A stretch of DNA of 64,000 nucleotides, taken from contig JBMNUM010000007.1 in NCBI GenBank assembly GCA_050946275.1, forward strand, positions 21,779 through 85,778, written 5' to 3'. Within the stretch, counting starts at the first letter, position 1. The number at the start of each line of letters is the position of its first letter. The notes below the pieces were generated by a model. It saw only the letters and a list, made by a program, of their open reading frames with translations, ran no database searches and was not told the origin of the DNA. The stretch comes from Coriobacteriales bacterium. GTDB lineage: Bacteria > Actinomycetota > Coriobacteriia > Coriobacteriales > CADBOM01. Below are positions 1 to 10,165 of this stretch, one piece after another. Both the position numbers and the translations under genes were made by a program.

Positions 1-3000
1 ACGGCGGCACGAACCCCAACGATACGTACTGGACCATCGTGCCGAGCACGAAGTCGAGGCAGCATCGCGATGGATCCACGATCACGACGCTCTCGCGCAA
101 CGGCGGCTACGACATCAACTGGAGCGACGACTTCGCCATCAACTTCAACGGGCACGGGTCGGTGAAGATCCTCGTCGACCTGAAGTTCCCCGAGCGGCCC
201 GTGGATGGTGCATCCACGTGGGACCAATACGTTGCCAAGGTACGGGGCGAGGAGCTCTACAACACCTTCTATGTGAATGGCCTGTGGGACGAGGTCTCCC
301 ATACCCTCGAGGCGACAGGCAAGCCCGTCCTGTACAAGGGAGTGTACGACACCGGCCTCACGACCCATGGAACGGGGACCTCAACGTATAGCGCATCGTA
401 CACGAGCAACAAGAGCCGGTACTGGTATGCCAACGGAACGACCCCCTCGAGCTATTCCGACGAGGACCTCAAGGCCGAGACCGTCACCTACTACACGGTG
501 CTCTACAACGGCAGCTTCGACCGCATGTACCTCTCGGACCTGCAAGATCAGCTGCCGAGGGGATTCACGTTCAACACCATGTCGAACTACTGCTACGGCG
601 TCACCGACCTGACGGCTAGCAGCTGGTCGCAATATGGCTACGTTGGCTATGCATCGCCCTCGAGCACGAGGAGCACCACCAACACCGAGTACCCGAGCGA
701 ATCCTACAAGGTGGCGACCGTCGTCGACAACGGAACCGCCGGGCTCGATCCAGCCGACAAGCCCAGGCTACGCTATGTGAACGCCTTGGTGACTGCGTCA
801 ACCGCGACGGGCGATGACGGGCGCCAGCACATAACCTTCAAGGTGGGCAGCCCGACGTCCACCAACGGCAGCTATAGGAACATACACTACGATCCCGCGG
901 TGAAGAAGTACTATCTCAATCCCGGCGAGGCGCTGCGTTTCGGCTACAACGTGCTCGTTCCCGAGTACGCGAAGACGGACGACCTCGCGACCAATACGGT
1001 CGCCATGCCCTACTACGATTACTACGGCACGGACTTTGCCCTCCACGTTCCCAACGAGAACGGCGAGGGCGGCGCCCTGCCGAAGGTCCGCGTGAACACC
1101 GGCGCCAAGGCAAACGATGGCGGGTGCCAGACGATGAGCGGCGAGCAGGTGGAGAGCAAGTACGGAATGGATGCCTCTGCCTATCAGGATGAGCTCTACA
1201 ACAACCACGAGGGAGGCAACTGGCTGGTCTCCAGCGCAACGGTCAAGCGCGCGCCCATAATTCCCGGCGTCCAGAAGGCGATTGGGGGCAAGACACCTCG
1301 CGTGGACAACCCCACCGCCACGACCATCCAGGGCTCCAAGGGATCGACCCCGTCGGCGCTCTATGGATCCGCCTATGTCGGCGGTGCGGTGGCGAGCGAC
1401 ATCATCAACTGGCGTCTGCGCGTGTTTAGCGAGGCTGGGAGCGATGATGGCGATGTGGCCGGCACCATGATGGGCTACACGGTGGTCGACACGGTGGACG
1501 GTCCCTATAGATTCACGGGCCAGGTGTTCTACAACATGTACAGGGCCGGGTCGAAGCAGACGCGCAACAGCCAGTACCTCTTCACCTTGGGTTCGCGTGC
1601 GGATGGAGATACCCAGGTGCGCATCTCGTCGGGCGGCGGCCTCTCCGCCTCCGGCTGGCGCATGCTCAACATCGGCTCCGCCGAGGATGATTCCGACGAT
1701 GATTGGTTCCAGTTCGGCACGGGCACGAGGTCTGGCAAGGTCAAGATCGAGCAGGATGCCGATGGCAGGGAGATCATGACGATTCGCCTCGACGGCACCG
1801 CCTACTCGATCGCGGGAGGACTCTGGGCCGACTTCTGCGTGCACACGCAGTTCGCCTCCGAGGACATGCCCATCTCCGAGGGCAAGTACAACGATGTCGT
1901 CCTCTGGCCCGACCAGGATTACGATCCCGCCGACGTTGCCCAGGGCCGCGCCCGGACGGAGGAGCAGTACAAGGACGATGGCACAATCGAGATAGTCAAC
2001 AACGGCATCCAGAGCGGTGCTTCCGTGATGCTCTCGATGGGATTCACCACCGCGAGCTGGAAGAGCATCGCGGAGCTGAATGCCAATGGGTCGCCGACGG
2101 GCGCGAAGGCGCGTTCGGATGACTCGCCGAACTACGTCACGCTCGACGAGAAGCACAACCCGTTCCGCTATGACCTGTACATGATCGGTCCGACGCGTGT
2201 CACGGCCAGGATCGTCTTCATCGATGACCTGCCGCAGGAAGGCGACCATAGCGCGTTCGTCGAGGCGGATAAGCGCAATTCGGAATTCACCGTGGGCTTC
2301 TGGGCGGATAATCCCGACTTCGCCGTCACGATCGCCCCGAAGCAGGGCGGTGCGGAGAAGAAGCTCAATCCCGGGCAATACCAGCTCCAGGTCACGGACC
2401 GGACCGAGTTCACGGACGATGATTGGAACGGCGAGGGAGAAGGCTGGACCGATATCACGGAGGCCACCGACGACGAGCGCAGGACCGCGCTCCAAAGCGC
2501 CCGCTCGTTCCGCATCGTCATCGCGGACGAGAATGCCTGGCAAGACAAGGACAAGAGCAAGTGGCTCATGGGGCCGGAGTGCCAGATGCACATCTCCTTC
2601 AACGCCGTCGTCGACGACCCTGCCGCCAAGCCCGGGCAATACGCTTGGAACAGCTTCGGCTACCGGTACATGGTGCCGCTCGTGTTCAACGATTCCCCAA
2701 CCCCGGATAACGGGCTCGCGCTCGAGGCGCAGCCGCTCAACGTCGGCGTGCGCATCCCCTCGGCGCCCTCGCTCGAGAAGAAGCTCACCGAGCTCGCGCA
2801 GGCGATGGAGACGAAGGTCATCGAGGTCGAGCGCCAGTCGGTCGACGAGGAGACGGGCGAGCCGCTCTTCGACGAGAACGGCGATCCGATCATGGAGACC
2901 GTCGAGGAGGAAGTCACCGAGCCGGCGACCACCCCGGTGCTCGACGAGGACGGCAATCCCGTCACCGATGCCGACGGCAACCCCGTCACGGAGCCTGTCA

Positions 3001-4232
3001 TGGAGCATGCGGCGCACAAGGCCGCCATGGACCTCGACTTCGGCTTCATCGTCTACGAGGGCAACCCCATCGCGGAGCTCGACAACGCTCTCGAGATGAC
3101 GAATGCGGACATCGCCGCCGCGCTCGGCGACCGCAAGTACATCTATGTGCCGCTGAAGGTCGAGGAGGGCAAGTCCTCTGCCAAGGCCAACCTGTGGGAA
3201 TGGGAGTTCACCGCCGCCTACGACGAGGAGACCGACTCCTTCAAGACGGTCGAGGTGACCGATGATTCCGGTGCGAAGAAGCCGAACTGGTATTGGAAGG
3301 ACGGCACCCGCTATACAGTGGTCGAGCTGCCCGTCGGCGACTACGACTACGACCTGCTCACGCTCCAGACGGCCGGCGTGCCGCAGGAGAAGAACAACGT
3401 CGCCTTCGACAACACGAGCAGCCGTATCATCCCGCTCATCGGCACCAACGAGTGGGGTCCCGAGTACACGAGCGTCACGGGTGCCAAGGTGTGGAAGGAC
3501 GCCGGCAACCAGGACGGCGTGCGGCCCTCCGAGGTCGTGGTTCGCCTGCTCGCCGATGGCGAGGAGGTCGACTCGAGGACGGTCACGGCGGGAACCGGTT
3601 GGAAGTGGGAGTTCACGAACCTGCTGGCGAACAACGAGGACGGAACGCCCATCGTCTATCAGACGACCGAGGATGCGGTCGACGATTACAGCGCCACGGT
3701 CGAGACGGTCAAGGACAACCCCTACGACTTCAAGGTCACGAACAAGCACACGCCCGGCAAGACGAGCGTGTCGGTTTCGAAGGTCTGGGACGACGGCGAC
3801 AACTCCGACGGCTTCCGCCCGCGCAGCGTCACGATCCACCTGCTCGCCAACGGCAAGGACACAGGCAAGAAGCTGAAGCTCACCTCCGCGAACAACTGGA
3901 TGGGCACCTTCACGGGGCTCGATATGCGAAAGGACGGGAAGGACCTCAGGTACACGGTCACCGAGGATGAGGTCGACAGCTACACCACCGTCATATCGGG
4001 TGATGCGAAGAAGGGCTATGTGGTCACGAACATGCACATGACGTCTGGGTCGTCGGGCATGGACGGCGACAGCCCCTGCCCGGATTGCGACAACGGCAAG
4101 AACGGCAAGAAGTCGAAGCTCGCCAAGGCCGGCGACGAGGCTCCTATCGGCTTGATGTTGCTGCTCGTGGGTGCCGGAGCGGTTGCGCTCGCCGCAAGTC
4201 GGAAGACGGGCAGGTCGCGTCGCGAAAGCTAG
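1..4232 (+). CDS. Large sortase-anchored surface adhesin with two C-terminal CnaB-type repeats (5'-truncated)
   Basis: Frame is open from the window start. Two KVWxD...RPxxVxxxLLAxG CnaB repeats (~3466-4040), then LAKAGD, a hydrophobic helix and a basic tail (sortase signal). Confidence 0.85.
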   Translation, partial: GGTNPNDTYWTIVPSTKSRQHRDGSTITTLSRNGGYDINWSDDFAINFNGHGSVKILVDLKFPERPVDGASTWDQYVAKVRGEELYNTFYVNGLWDEVSHTLEATGKPVLYKGVYDTGLTTHGTGTSTYSASYTSNKSRYWYANGTTPSSYSDEDLKAETVTYYTVLYNGSFDRMYLSDLQDQLPRGFTFNTMSNYCYGVTDLTASSWSQYGYVGYASPSSTRSTTNTEYPSESYKVATVVDNGTAGLDPADKPRLRYVNALVTASTATGDDGRQHITFKVGSPTSTNGSYRNIHYDPAVKKYYLNPGEALRFGYNVLVPEYAKTDDLATNTVAMPYYDYYGTDFALHVPNENGEGGALPKVRVNTGAKANDGGCQTMSGEQVESKYGMDASAYQDELYNNHEGGNWLVSSATVKRAPIIPGVQKAIGGKTPRVDNPTATTIQGSKGSTPSALYGSAYVGGAVASDIINWRLRVFSEAGSDDGDVAGTMMGYTVVDTVDGPYRFTGQVFYNMYRAGSKQTRNSQYLFTLGSRADGDTQVRISSGGGLSASGWRMLNIGSAEDDSDDDWFQFGTGTRSGKVKIEQDADGREIMTIRLDGTAYSIAGGLWADFCVHTQFASEDMPISEGKYNDVVLWPDQDYDPADVAQGRARTEEQYKDDGTIEIVNNGIQSGASVMLSMGFTTASWKSIAELNANGSPTGAKARSDDSPNYVTLDEKHNPFRYDLYMIGPTRVTARIVFIDDLPQEGDHSAFVEADKRNSEFTVGFWADNPDFAVTIAPKQGGAEKKLNPGQYQLQVTDRTEFTDDDWNGEGEGWTDITEATDDERRTALQSARSFRIVIADENAWQDKDKSKWLMGPECQMHISFNAVVDDPAAKPGQYAWNSFGYRYMVPLVFNDSPTPDNGLALEAQPLNVGVRIPSAPSLEKKLTELAQAMETKVIEVERQSVDEETGEPLFDENGDPIMETVEEEVTEPATTPVLDEDGNPVTDADGNPVTEPVMEHAAHKAAMDLDFGFIVYEGNPIAELDNALEMTNADIAAALGDRKYIYVPLKVEEGKSSAKANLWEWEFTAAYDEETDSFKTVEVTDDSGAKKPNWYWKDGTRYTVVELPVGDYDYDLLTLQTAGVPQEKNNVAFDNTSSRIIPLIGTNEWGPEYTSVTGAKVWKDAGNQDGVRPSEVVVRLLADGEEVDSRTVTAGTGWKWEFTNLLANNEDGTPIVYQTTEDAVDDYSATVETVKDNPYDFKVTNKHTPGKTSVSVSKVWDDGDNSDGFRPRSVTIHLLANGKDTGKKLKLTSANNWMGTFTGLDMRKDGKDLRYTVTEDEVDSYTTVISGDAKKGYVVTNMHMTSGSSGMDGDSPCPDCDNGKNGKKSKLAKAGDEAPIGLMLLLVGAGAVALAASRKTGRSRRES

Positions 4233-4261
4233 CAAATGAATTGCGTTCAAGGTTGTCCACC

Positions 4262-4292
4262 GAAACGCCGCGGACCTGGTCCGCGGCGTTTT
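4262..4292 (+). terminator. Intrinsic terminator
   Basis: gaaacgccgcggac-ctg-gtccgcggcgtttt hairpin just after the adhesin stop. Confidence 0.8.
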
Positions 4293-4361
4293 CATATGCA
4301 GGTACAATCGGGAGTTGACGATGCCCCGGCAGACGCAATTCGAGAGGCGAGGAGGTGTTCG

Positions 4362-5918
4362 GTGACGGAGGTTGAACCGCCAAAGCGCAAGATTTCGCGC
4401 GGTGTATCTCGTGCTCTCTGGATTCTGCTCGCGGTGTTCATCGTCGGCTCCGTCGTCTGGTTCTTCACCGAGCGCTGGTTCTTCGAAACCTGGTCGGACC
4501 TGTACACCGACGAGTTGGTCTATCACCTCAACGTCTCTTTCGAGGGCACAAACCCCGATATGATCTGGGATTACGTGCTCCACTATCTCGTTCCGGAGAT
4601 CATCGTCATCGGCATCATGATCGGCATCCTCTTCCCCATGCATCACCGGTGGGTGAAGGGGCGCACGAAACGTGTTCCCAATGCATGGCGCGTCGCGATC
4701 GCGGTCATCTGCGTCATCTGCTGCGTGCTTCTGGGCGTCGCCTCCTACGATTTCGAGCAGCGGGTCGGGCCTGCGGCGTATGTGGCGAGCGACTTCTCGA
4801 GCGAGCCCGATTTCACCGAGCAGCATTACGCGGATCCCAGCAGCGTCGCCATCGCATCCCCCGAGCACAAGCGCAATCTCATCTACATCTACCTGGAATC
4901 CTGCGAGGTCACGTACGCGGATAAGGCAAGTGGGGGAGCGTTCGAGCGCAACGTCATTCCCGAGCTGACACGCTTGTCGCGGGAGAATGACAACTTCTCC
5001 GGTGCCGACGGCAAGCTGGACGGCGGCATCTCTCTGCCCGGCTCCACCTGGACGATGGGCGCCATGTTCGCGCAGTCGACGGGCTTGCCCCTCAAGATTC
5101 CGCTGTTCCGGGATGCCATGAACCATCAGACGGAGTTCTTCCCGGGAACGACGGCGATCGGTGACATCCTCGAGGCGGAGGGGTATGAGCAGGAGCTGCT
5201 CATCGGATCCGATGCGGCGTTCGGCGGTCGTGATCTGTTCTTCCACGACCATGGCGATTTCGCGATCGTGGATTATCCCTATGCGATCGAGCATGGCTGG
5301 ATTCCCGAGGACTATCTCGAATTCTGGGGATACGAGGATGAGAAGCTGTTCGCCAATGCGCGTAAGGAGCTCGCGAGGCTCGCCGCCGGCGACAAGCCGT
5401 TCAACCTCACACTGCTCACCGTGGACACGCACTTCGAGGACGGCTACAAGTGCCGGCTGTGCAGGAATGAGTTCGGGGAGCAGTACGCAGATGCTTTTGC
5501 TTGCGCGAGCAGGCAAGTGGACGCTTTCATCAAGTGGGTGCAGCAGCAGGACTTCTACGAGGACACGACGATCGTGATCTGCGGAGACCATCCGACTATG
5601 GACGTCGACTTCTGCGAGGACGTTCCCGAGGACTATCAGCGCCGCACCGTGACGGCCGTGATCAATTCCGCGGTGGACCCGGCCGACCCGCAGCGCACGC
5701 GGGTATATTCGACGTTCGACATGTTCCCGACGACACTCGCGGCGATGGGCGCGCAAATAGAGGGAGATCGCCTGGGGCTGGGAACGAACCTCTACGGTTC
5801 CAGGGACACTCTCGTCGAGGAGCTCGGCGTTGCGGAATGCCAGGAGCAGCTGGCGGGCGCATCCAGGTTCCTCGAGAATTTCGAGAGCGAGGCGGTTCCG
5901 CCAAAGCAGAGGAAGTAA
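4362..5918 (+). CDS. LTA synthase / phosphoglycerol transferase family sulfatase
   Basis: N-terminal TM helices, then IYLES, WTMGAM (catalytic Thr position), DTH and GDH metal motifs. GTG start after ggagg; the ORF track starts at 4236, upstream of the terminator. Confidence 0.85.
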   Translation: MTEVEPPKRKISRGVSRALWILLAVFIVGSVVWFFTERWFFETWSDLYTDELVYHLNVSFEGTNPDMIWDYVLHYLVPEIIVIGIMIGILFPMHHRWVKGRTKRVPNAWRVAIAVICVICCVLLGVASYDFEQRVGPAAYVASDFSSEPDFTEQHYADPSSVAIASPEHKRNLIYIYLESCEVTYADKASGGAFERNVIPELTRLSRENDNFSGADGKLDGGISLPGSTWTMGAMFAQSTGLPLKIPLFRDAMNHQTEFFPGTTAIGDILEAEGYEQELLIGSDAAFGGRDLFFHDHGDFAIVDYPYAIEHGWIPEDYLEFWGYEDEKLFANARKELARLAAGDKPFNLTLLTVDTHFEDGYKCRLCRNEFGEQYADAFACASRQVDAFIKWVQQQDFYEDTTIVICGDHPTMDVDFCEDVPEDYQRRTVTAVINSAVDPADPQRTRVYSTFDMFPTTLAAMGAQIEGDRLGLGTNLYGSRDTLVEELGVAECQEQLAGASRFLENFESEAVPPKQRK

Positions 5919-5948
5919 TCCAATCGCTACTTACCGATGGCCCGGGTC

Positions 5949-6386
5949 CTAGCCGTCGAAGTTCATCCTTCCCCGGCCCTCGAGGTAGATCTTGCGCGTC
6001 ACGTAGTTGTAGATCGAGACGATGATGGACGCGATGAGCTTCGCGAGCATGTAGCCCCAGCCGCCCACCTCGACGAGCGCGACCAGCAGCAGCTGGTTGA
6101 TGCCGAGGCCTATGAGGCTGAGAACGACGAAAACGATGAAGATGACCTGCTGGCTGTGCTTCGAGCGCACCGAGAACACCCATCGCACGCTGAGCACGTA
6201 ATTGTAGATCGTGCCGATGGTGTAGGAGAGGATGTTGCTCGTGGTGTAGTCGAAGCCGACGAACTCCGTGAACACCCACAGGAGTACGTAGTCGATGAGA
6301 AACGCCGTGATACCCACCACGGAGAATTTCAGCATCTGCTTTATCAGCGCGATCAGCGATGGCCGATCTTGAAGTTTGCCCGTCAT
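5949..6386 (-). CDS. GtrA family protein
   Basis: QMLKFSVVG...YNYVLSVRWVF...AKLIASIIVSIYNY, four-TM GtrA pattern; start adjusted to the internal Met. Confidence 0.85.
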   Translation of the reverse strand: MTGKLQDRPSLIALIKQMLKFSVVGITAFLIDYVLLWVFTEFVGFDYTTSNILSYTIGTIYNYVLSVRWVFSVRSKHSQQVIFIVFVVLSLIGLGINQLLLVALVEVGGWGYMLAKLIASIIVSIYNYVTRKIYLEGRGRMNFDG

Positions 6387-6577
6387 CCGTCCCTGCTTTT
6401 CCGGATATAACCCATTAATTATGACATAGCGCAATGTGCTTGGGGTGTGGAGCCTTATCCCGTGCAGCCATGATAGGCGGGCGGTCGGTCGTGTAGAGTG
6501 CTGCCCGATGCCGCATTTGCGCATGCTATGCTAGGAAACTGGAATTTCATTGAGGCGCGCGACGTAAGGAGAGGCGT

Positions 6578-7303
6578 ATGGTGACGATCAACACGCGTTC
6601 GTTTGGACGGGGGGCGGACGGTCTCCGACCGGTGAAGGTGACGCGCAACTATCTCGAGAACGCGTACGGCTCCTGCCTTATCGAGTGCGGAAACACGAGG
6701 GTCCTGTGCGCCGCGACCATCGAGGATACCGTGCCCTCTTGGATGAAGGGGAAGGGGAGGGGCTGGGTCACCGCCGAGTATGCCATGCTCCCCGCGGCCA
6801 CATCCAAGCGCACCCCTCGAGAGACGAATGGGCGAAAGGGGCGCTCGCAGGAGATTCAGCGCCTCATCGGCCGTTCCCTGCGCGCCGCCGTCGACATGAA
6901 GGTGCTCGGCGAGGCGACCGTCACGCTCGATTGCGATGTCATCCAGGCCGACGGGGGCACCCGAACCGCATCGATCACGGGAGCGTGGATCGCCCTGCAC
7001 GATGCGCTCGAAACCTGGAAGAACGCCGGCCGCATCAAGGCGAACCCGATCGTCTCGCAGATTGCGGCGGTGAGCGTCGGCATGGTGGACGGCAGGGTCC
7101 TCCTCGATCTCGACTACCACGAGGATTCGCGCGCAGAGATCGACATGAATCTCGTGATGAACGCGAACGGGGAGTTCATCGAAGTACAGGGGACGGGCGA
7201 GCGCGCCACATTCAACAGGGGCCGTCTCGACTCGCTGCTCGACGTCGGTGAGAAGGGGCTGTACGAACTGCTGCAGATCCAGCGCGATGCGCTCGGGCTA
7301 TAG
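6578..7303 (+). CDS. rph: Ribonuclease PH
   Basis: GWVTAEYAMLP, EIQRLIGRSLRA, DVIQADGGTRTASITG motifs. Confidence 0.97.
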   Translation: MVTINTRSFGRGADGLRPVKVTRNYLENAYGSCLIECGNTRVLCAATIEDTVPSWMKGKGRGWVTAEYAMLPAATSKRTPRETNGRKGRSQEIQRLIGRSLRAAVDMKVLGEATVTLDCDVIQADGGTRTASITGAWIALHDALETWKNAGRIKANPIVSQIAAVSVGMVDGRVLLDLDYHEDSRAEIDMNLVMNANGEFIEVQGTGERATFNRGRLDSLLDVGEKGLYELLQIQRDALGL

Positions 7304-7312
7304 GGGGCGGTC

Positions 7313-7924
7313 ATGGGCGAGAACGTGAAGCGCGTGGTGGTCGCCACGTCGAATGCGCATAAGGTGACCGAGATCATGAGCATCATCGACATCGATGGCT
7401 ACGAGTTCGTGCCACTTGGAGAGCTGGGGGAGTTTCCCGAGCCCGTCGAGGATGGGACGACCTTCCTCGAGAATGCGCGCATCAAGGCGCGCGCAGCGCA
7501 TGAGGAGACGGGCCTGGCCGCCATGGCCGACGACTCCGGAATCGTCGTCGACTCCCTCGGCGGCGCGCCGGGGATCTATTCCTCGCGCTATTCCGGCACG
7601 GGAGACGACGGGGCGAACAACGCCAAGCTGCTCGAGGAGCTCGCCGCTCTTGGCGAGGACGTCGACCGCACGGGCCGCTTCGCCTGCGCCATCGTGTTCA
7701 TCGACGAGGACGGAACCGAGCTCCATGCGGAGGCGACGGTCGAGGGGCGCATCGACGATCACGAGCACGGCGAGGGCGGCTTCGGATACGACCCGCTCTT
7801 CCTGCCTGACGAGTACGGTGGCGAGCTGTCGATGGCCGAGATAACCATGGAGCAGAAGAACGCCATCTCGCATCGAGGCCGAGCCCTCAGAAAGCTGCGC
7901 GAGCAGCTGGTTTCCCTCAAATAA
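7313..7924 (+). CDS. rdgB: Non-canonical purine NTP pyrophosphatase (RdgB/HAM1)
   Basis: ATSNAHK, ADDSG, FGYDPLF, KNAISHRG motifs; follows rph. Confidence 0.95.
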   Translation: MGENVKRVVVATSNAHKVTEIMSIIDIDGYEFVPLGELGEFPEPVEDGTTFLENARIKARAAHEETGLAAMADDSGIVVDSLGGAPGIYSSRYSGTGDDGANNAKLLEELAALGEDVDRTGRFACAIVFIDEDGTELHAEATVEGRIDDHEHGEGGFGYDPLFLPDEYGGELSMAEITMEQKNAISHRGRALRKLREQLVSLK

Positions 7925-7988
7925 ATTGGGTATTGCATTGCGCTTGCGGACAAATGAAAAAGCCCCATCGCTGGGGCTCGTGTAATCA

Positions 7989-8064
7989 TGGAGCGGCGAA
8001 CGGGACTCGAACCCGCAACAATCAGCTTGGAAGGCTGATGCTCTACCAATTGAACTATCGCCGC
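7989..8064 (-). tRNA. tRNA-Gly (TCC)
   Basis: Reverse complement folds as a cloverleaf; anticodon loop CTTCCAA, GTTCGAG T-loop, encoded CCA. Confidence 0.97.
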
Positions 8065-8076
8065 TTGTCAAGGTCG

Positions 8077-8153
8077 TGGTCGGGGTGACAGGATTCGAAC
8101 CTGCGACCCTCTGCTCCCAAAGCAGATGCGCTACCAAGCTGCGCCACACCCCG
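8077..8153 (-). tRNA. tRNA-Pro (TGG)
   Basis: CGGGGTGTGGCGCAGCTTGGTAGCGC..., anticodon loop TTTGGGA, GTTCGAAT T-loop, CCA end. Confidence 0.97.
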
Positions 8154-8328
8154 GCACGCATTCGAAACCACTGTCGTAGTAGTTTATCGCCCGCATTGGT
8201 GCAGGGCAACAGGGAAAACCGCGAGCGATGGGGAGTGGGCGACGGGGCATGAAAACGCCCGGCGCGAAATGCACAGGGCGTTTCCGATCGAGCTCTGGCA
8301 CGTTGAAGTTTCGCGAGGACGTGATGCG

Positions 8329-9123
8329 CTACTCGTCGAGCTTCATGAACGGGTTCACGCCGCCTGCGCGCTCGGCCACGTCCTGGTAGGCCTGCTCCTC
8401 GGCGACGACCCAATCATCACGCGTCTCGTACAGATATGCGGGAAGCTCCCAGGGCATCAGCTGTAGGTTCGTCGTGATCTCGGGAATCCAATCGAAGGGA
8501 ATCGACATGAGGACCCTGCCGGCGGGCATGACCTTGCGTGCCTTCATGCCGAAGTGCATGCCGGTGAACAGGTAGTTGATGTTGCCGGTGAGATACGGAT
8601 ACGCATACAGCCACGAGCAACCGAGCACCGGCGTCGCCTTGGGCTCCCACATCTTGCCCTTCTTGTAGGAATACGCCCTCATGATCTTCTCCGCTTGAGG
8701 TGCCTCGGCCGCGAGGATGATGAGGTCGGGCTCGAAGAAGCAATCATCGAGCTTGGAGAACATGACGTAGTTCGCGACGCCGGGCTTCAGACCATAGAAC
8801 TTGTCATACAGGCGCTGGTTGGCGCGGGGCTCCTCGAAGATCTCGAAGATCTCGCCGATCTGCCCGCTGTTGGTATAAGCGGGGGCGTCGGCCATCCATC
8901 CCAGCGGAACCTTGCCCATGCAGTCCTCGTTCTCGGCGGTGACATAGAAGGCCTCATCGGACTTGCTTGCCCTGATGAACATCTCGCACAGCGCGCAGTG
9001 GCCCTCCATCTGCTTGACGCCCTCGGGCTTGTAGTAAAGGTACTTGACGGCCACGGCCGGAATCTCGAGCTCCAGCTTCTTCCAAATCGAGAAATCCTGC
9101 TTCAGCGGTTTCCATTCTGCCAT
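8329..9123 (-). CDS. DUF169 family protein (copy 1)
   Basis: 264 aa; PAVAVKY, ALCEM, ENEDCMG, EPDLIILA, CSWLYAYPYLTG, GMKAR pattern typical of DUF169/COG2043; RBS ggag before ATG at 9123. Confidence 0.75.
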   Translation of the reverse strand: MAEWKPLKQDFSIWKKLELEIPAVAVKYLYYKPEGVKQMEGHCALCEMFIRASKSDEAFYVTAENEDCMGKVPLGWMADAPAYTNSGQIGEIFEIFEEPRANQRLYDKFYGLKPGVANYVMFSKLDDCFFEPDLIILAAEAPQAEKIMRAYSYKKGKMWEPKATPVLGCSWLYAYPYLTGNINYLFTGMHFGMKARKVMPAGRVLMSIPFDWIPEITTNLQLMPWELPAYLYETRDDWVVAEEQAYQDVAERAGGVNPFMKLDE

Positions 9124-9310
9124 GTTGATCTCCCTCCTATATCCTTGATCATGCTGCGCCGGGCATCCTTGGCTCGCAATTGACGCTGCAGGCAACGTGT
9201 CAACTCGAGGCGCAGGGTCGCATGATAATCATATCAAATCGATAGGAAATAAGATCAACCGTGCCGCTTGCTGCGGGGTGGTTGGGGAGGGGGCATTCGT
9301 AACGAACAAG

Positions 9311-9337
9311 ACGGGGCGGCCCGTTGGACCGCCCCGT
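9311..9337 (-). terminator. Terminator between the DUF169 paralogs
   Basis: acggggcgg...ccgccccgt stem followed by a T-rich run on the minus strand. Confidence 0.65.
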
Positions 9338-9370
9338 CTGGAGAGCTCGCAAGCTACGTTGATGTGTCTG

Positions 9371-10165
9371 CTACTCGTCTAGCTTCATGAACGGGTTCTC
9401 GCCTCCGGCGCGATTCGCCAGCTCCTCATAGGCCTTCTCCTCCTCGACGACCCAGTCCTCGCGGGTGTCATAGAGGTATGCCGGCAGCTCCCAGGGCATC
9501 TCCTGCAGGTTCTGCGTGATCTCGGGAATCCAGTCAAACGGAATCGACATCAGCAGCATGCCGGCGGGCATGACCTTGCGAGCCTTCATACCGAAGTGCA
9601 TGCCGGTGAACACGTAGTTGATGTTGCCGGTGACGTACGGATAGGCATAGAGCCACGAGCAGTCGAGCACCGGCGTGGCCTTGGGCTCCCACATCTTGCC
9701 CTTCTTGTAGGAGTAGGCCCTCATGATCTTCTCTGCGTCGGGCGCCTCGGCCGCGAGGATGATGAGGTCGGGCTCGAAGAAGCAGTCCTCGAGCTTGGCG
9801 AACAGGATGTAGTTCACGACGCCCGGGGTGAGGCCATAGAACTTGTCATAGAGGCGCTGGTTGGCGCGGGGCTCCTCGAAGATCTCGAAGATCTCGCCGA
9901 TCTGACCGCTGTGTGCGTACGGAGGGGTCTCGCCCATCCAGCCCAGCGGGACCTTGCCCATGCAGTCCTCGTTGTCCTTGGTGATGTAGAAGGGCTCATC
10001 GGCCTTGCCAGCCTCGACGAACATCTCGCACAAGGCGCAGTGGCCTTCCTTCTGTTTGACACCCTCGGGTTTGTAATAGAGGTACTTGATCGCCACTGCG
10101 GGGAATTTGAAATCGAACTTTTTCCAAATAGAGAAATCCTGCTTCAGCGGTTTCCACTCTGCCAT
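9371..10165 (-). CDS. DUF169 family protein (copy 2)
   Basis: 264 aa, colinear with copy 1 (48 of the first 60 aa identical). Confidence 0.75.
   Translation of the reverse strand: MAEWKPLKQDFSIWKKFDFKFPAVAIKYLYYKPEGVKQKEGHCALCEMFVEAGKADEPFYITKDNEDCMGKVPLGWMGETPPYAHSGQIGEIFEIFEEPRANQRLYDKFYGLTPGVVNYILFAKLEDCFFEPDLIILAAEAPDAEKIMRAYSYKKGKMWEPKATPVLDCSWLYAYPYVTGNINYVFTGMHFGMKARKVMPAGMLLMSIPFDWIPEITQNLQEMPWELPAYLYDTREDWVVEEEKAYEELANRAGGENPFMKLDE

Noticed and set aside
798-5756. 1652-aa minus-strand ORF, plus other long antisense ORFs (15236-17272, 18005-19747, 26863-28515, 37210-38988, 42887-44506, 58129-59961, 60608-62965)
   Set aside because: Shadow frames opposite well-supported genes in high-GC DNA; Arg/Gly/Ala-rich with no recognisable motifs.
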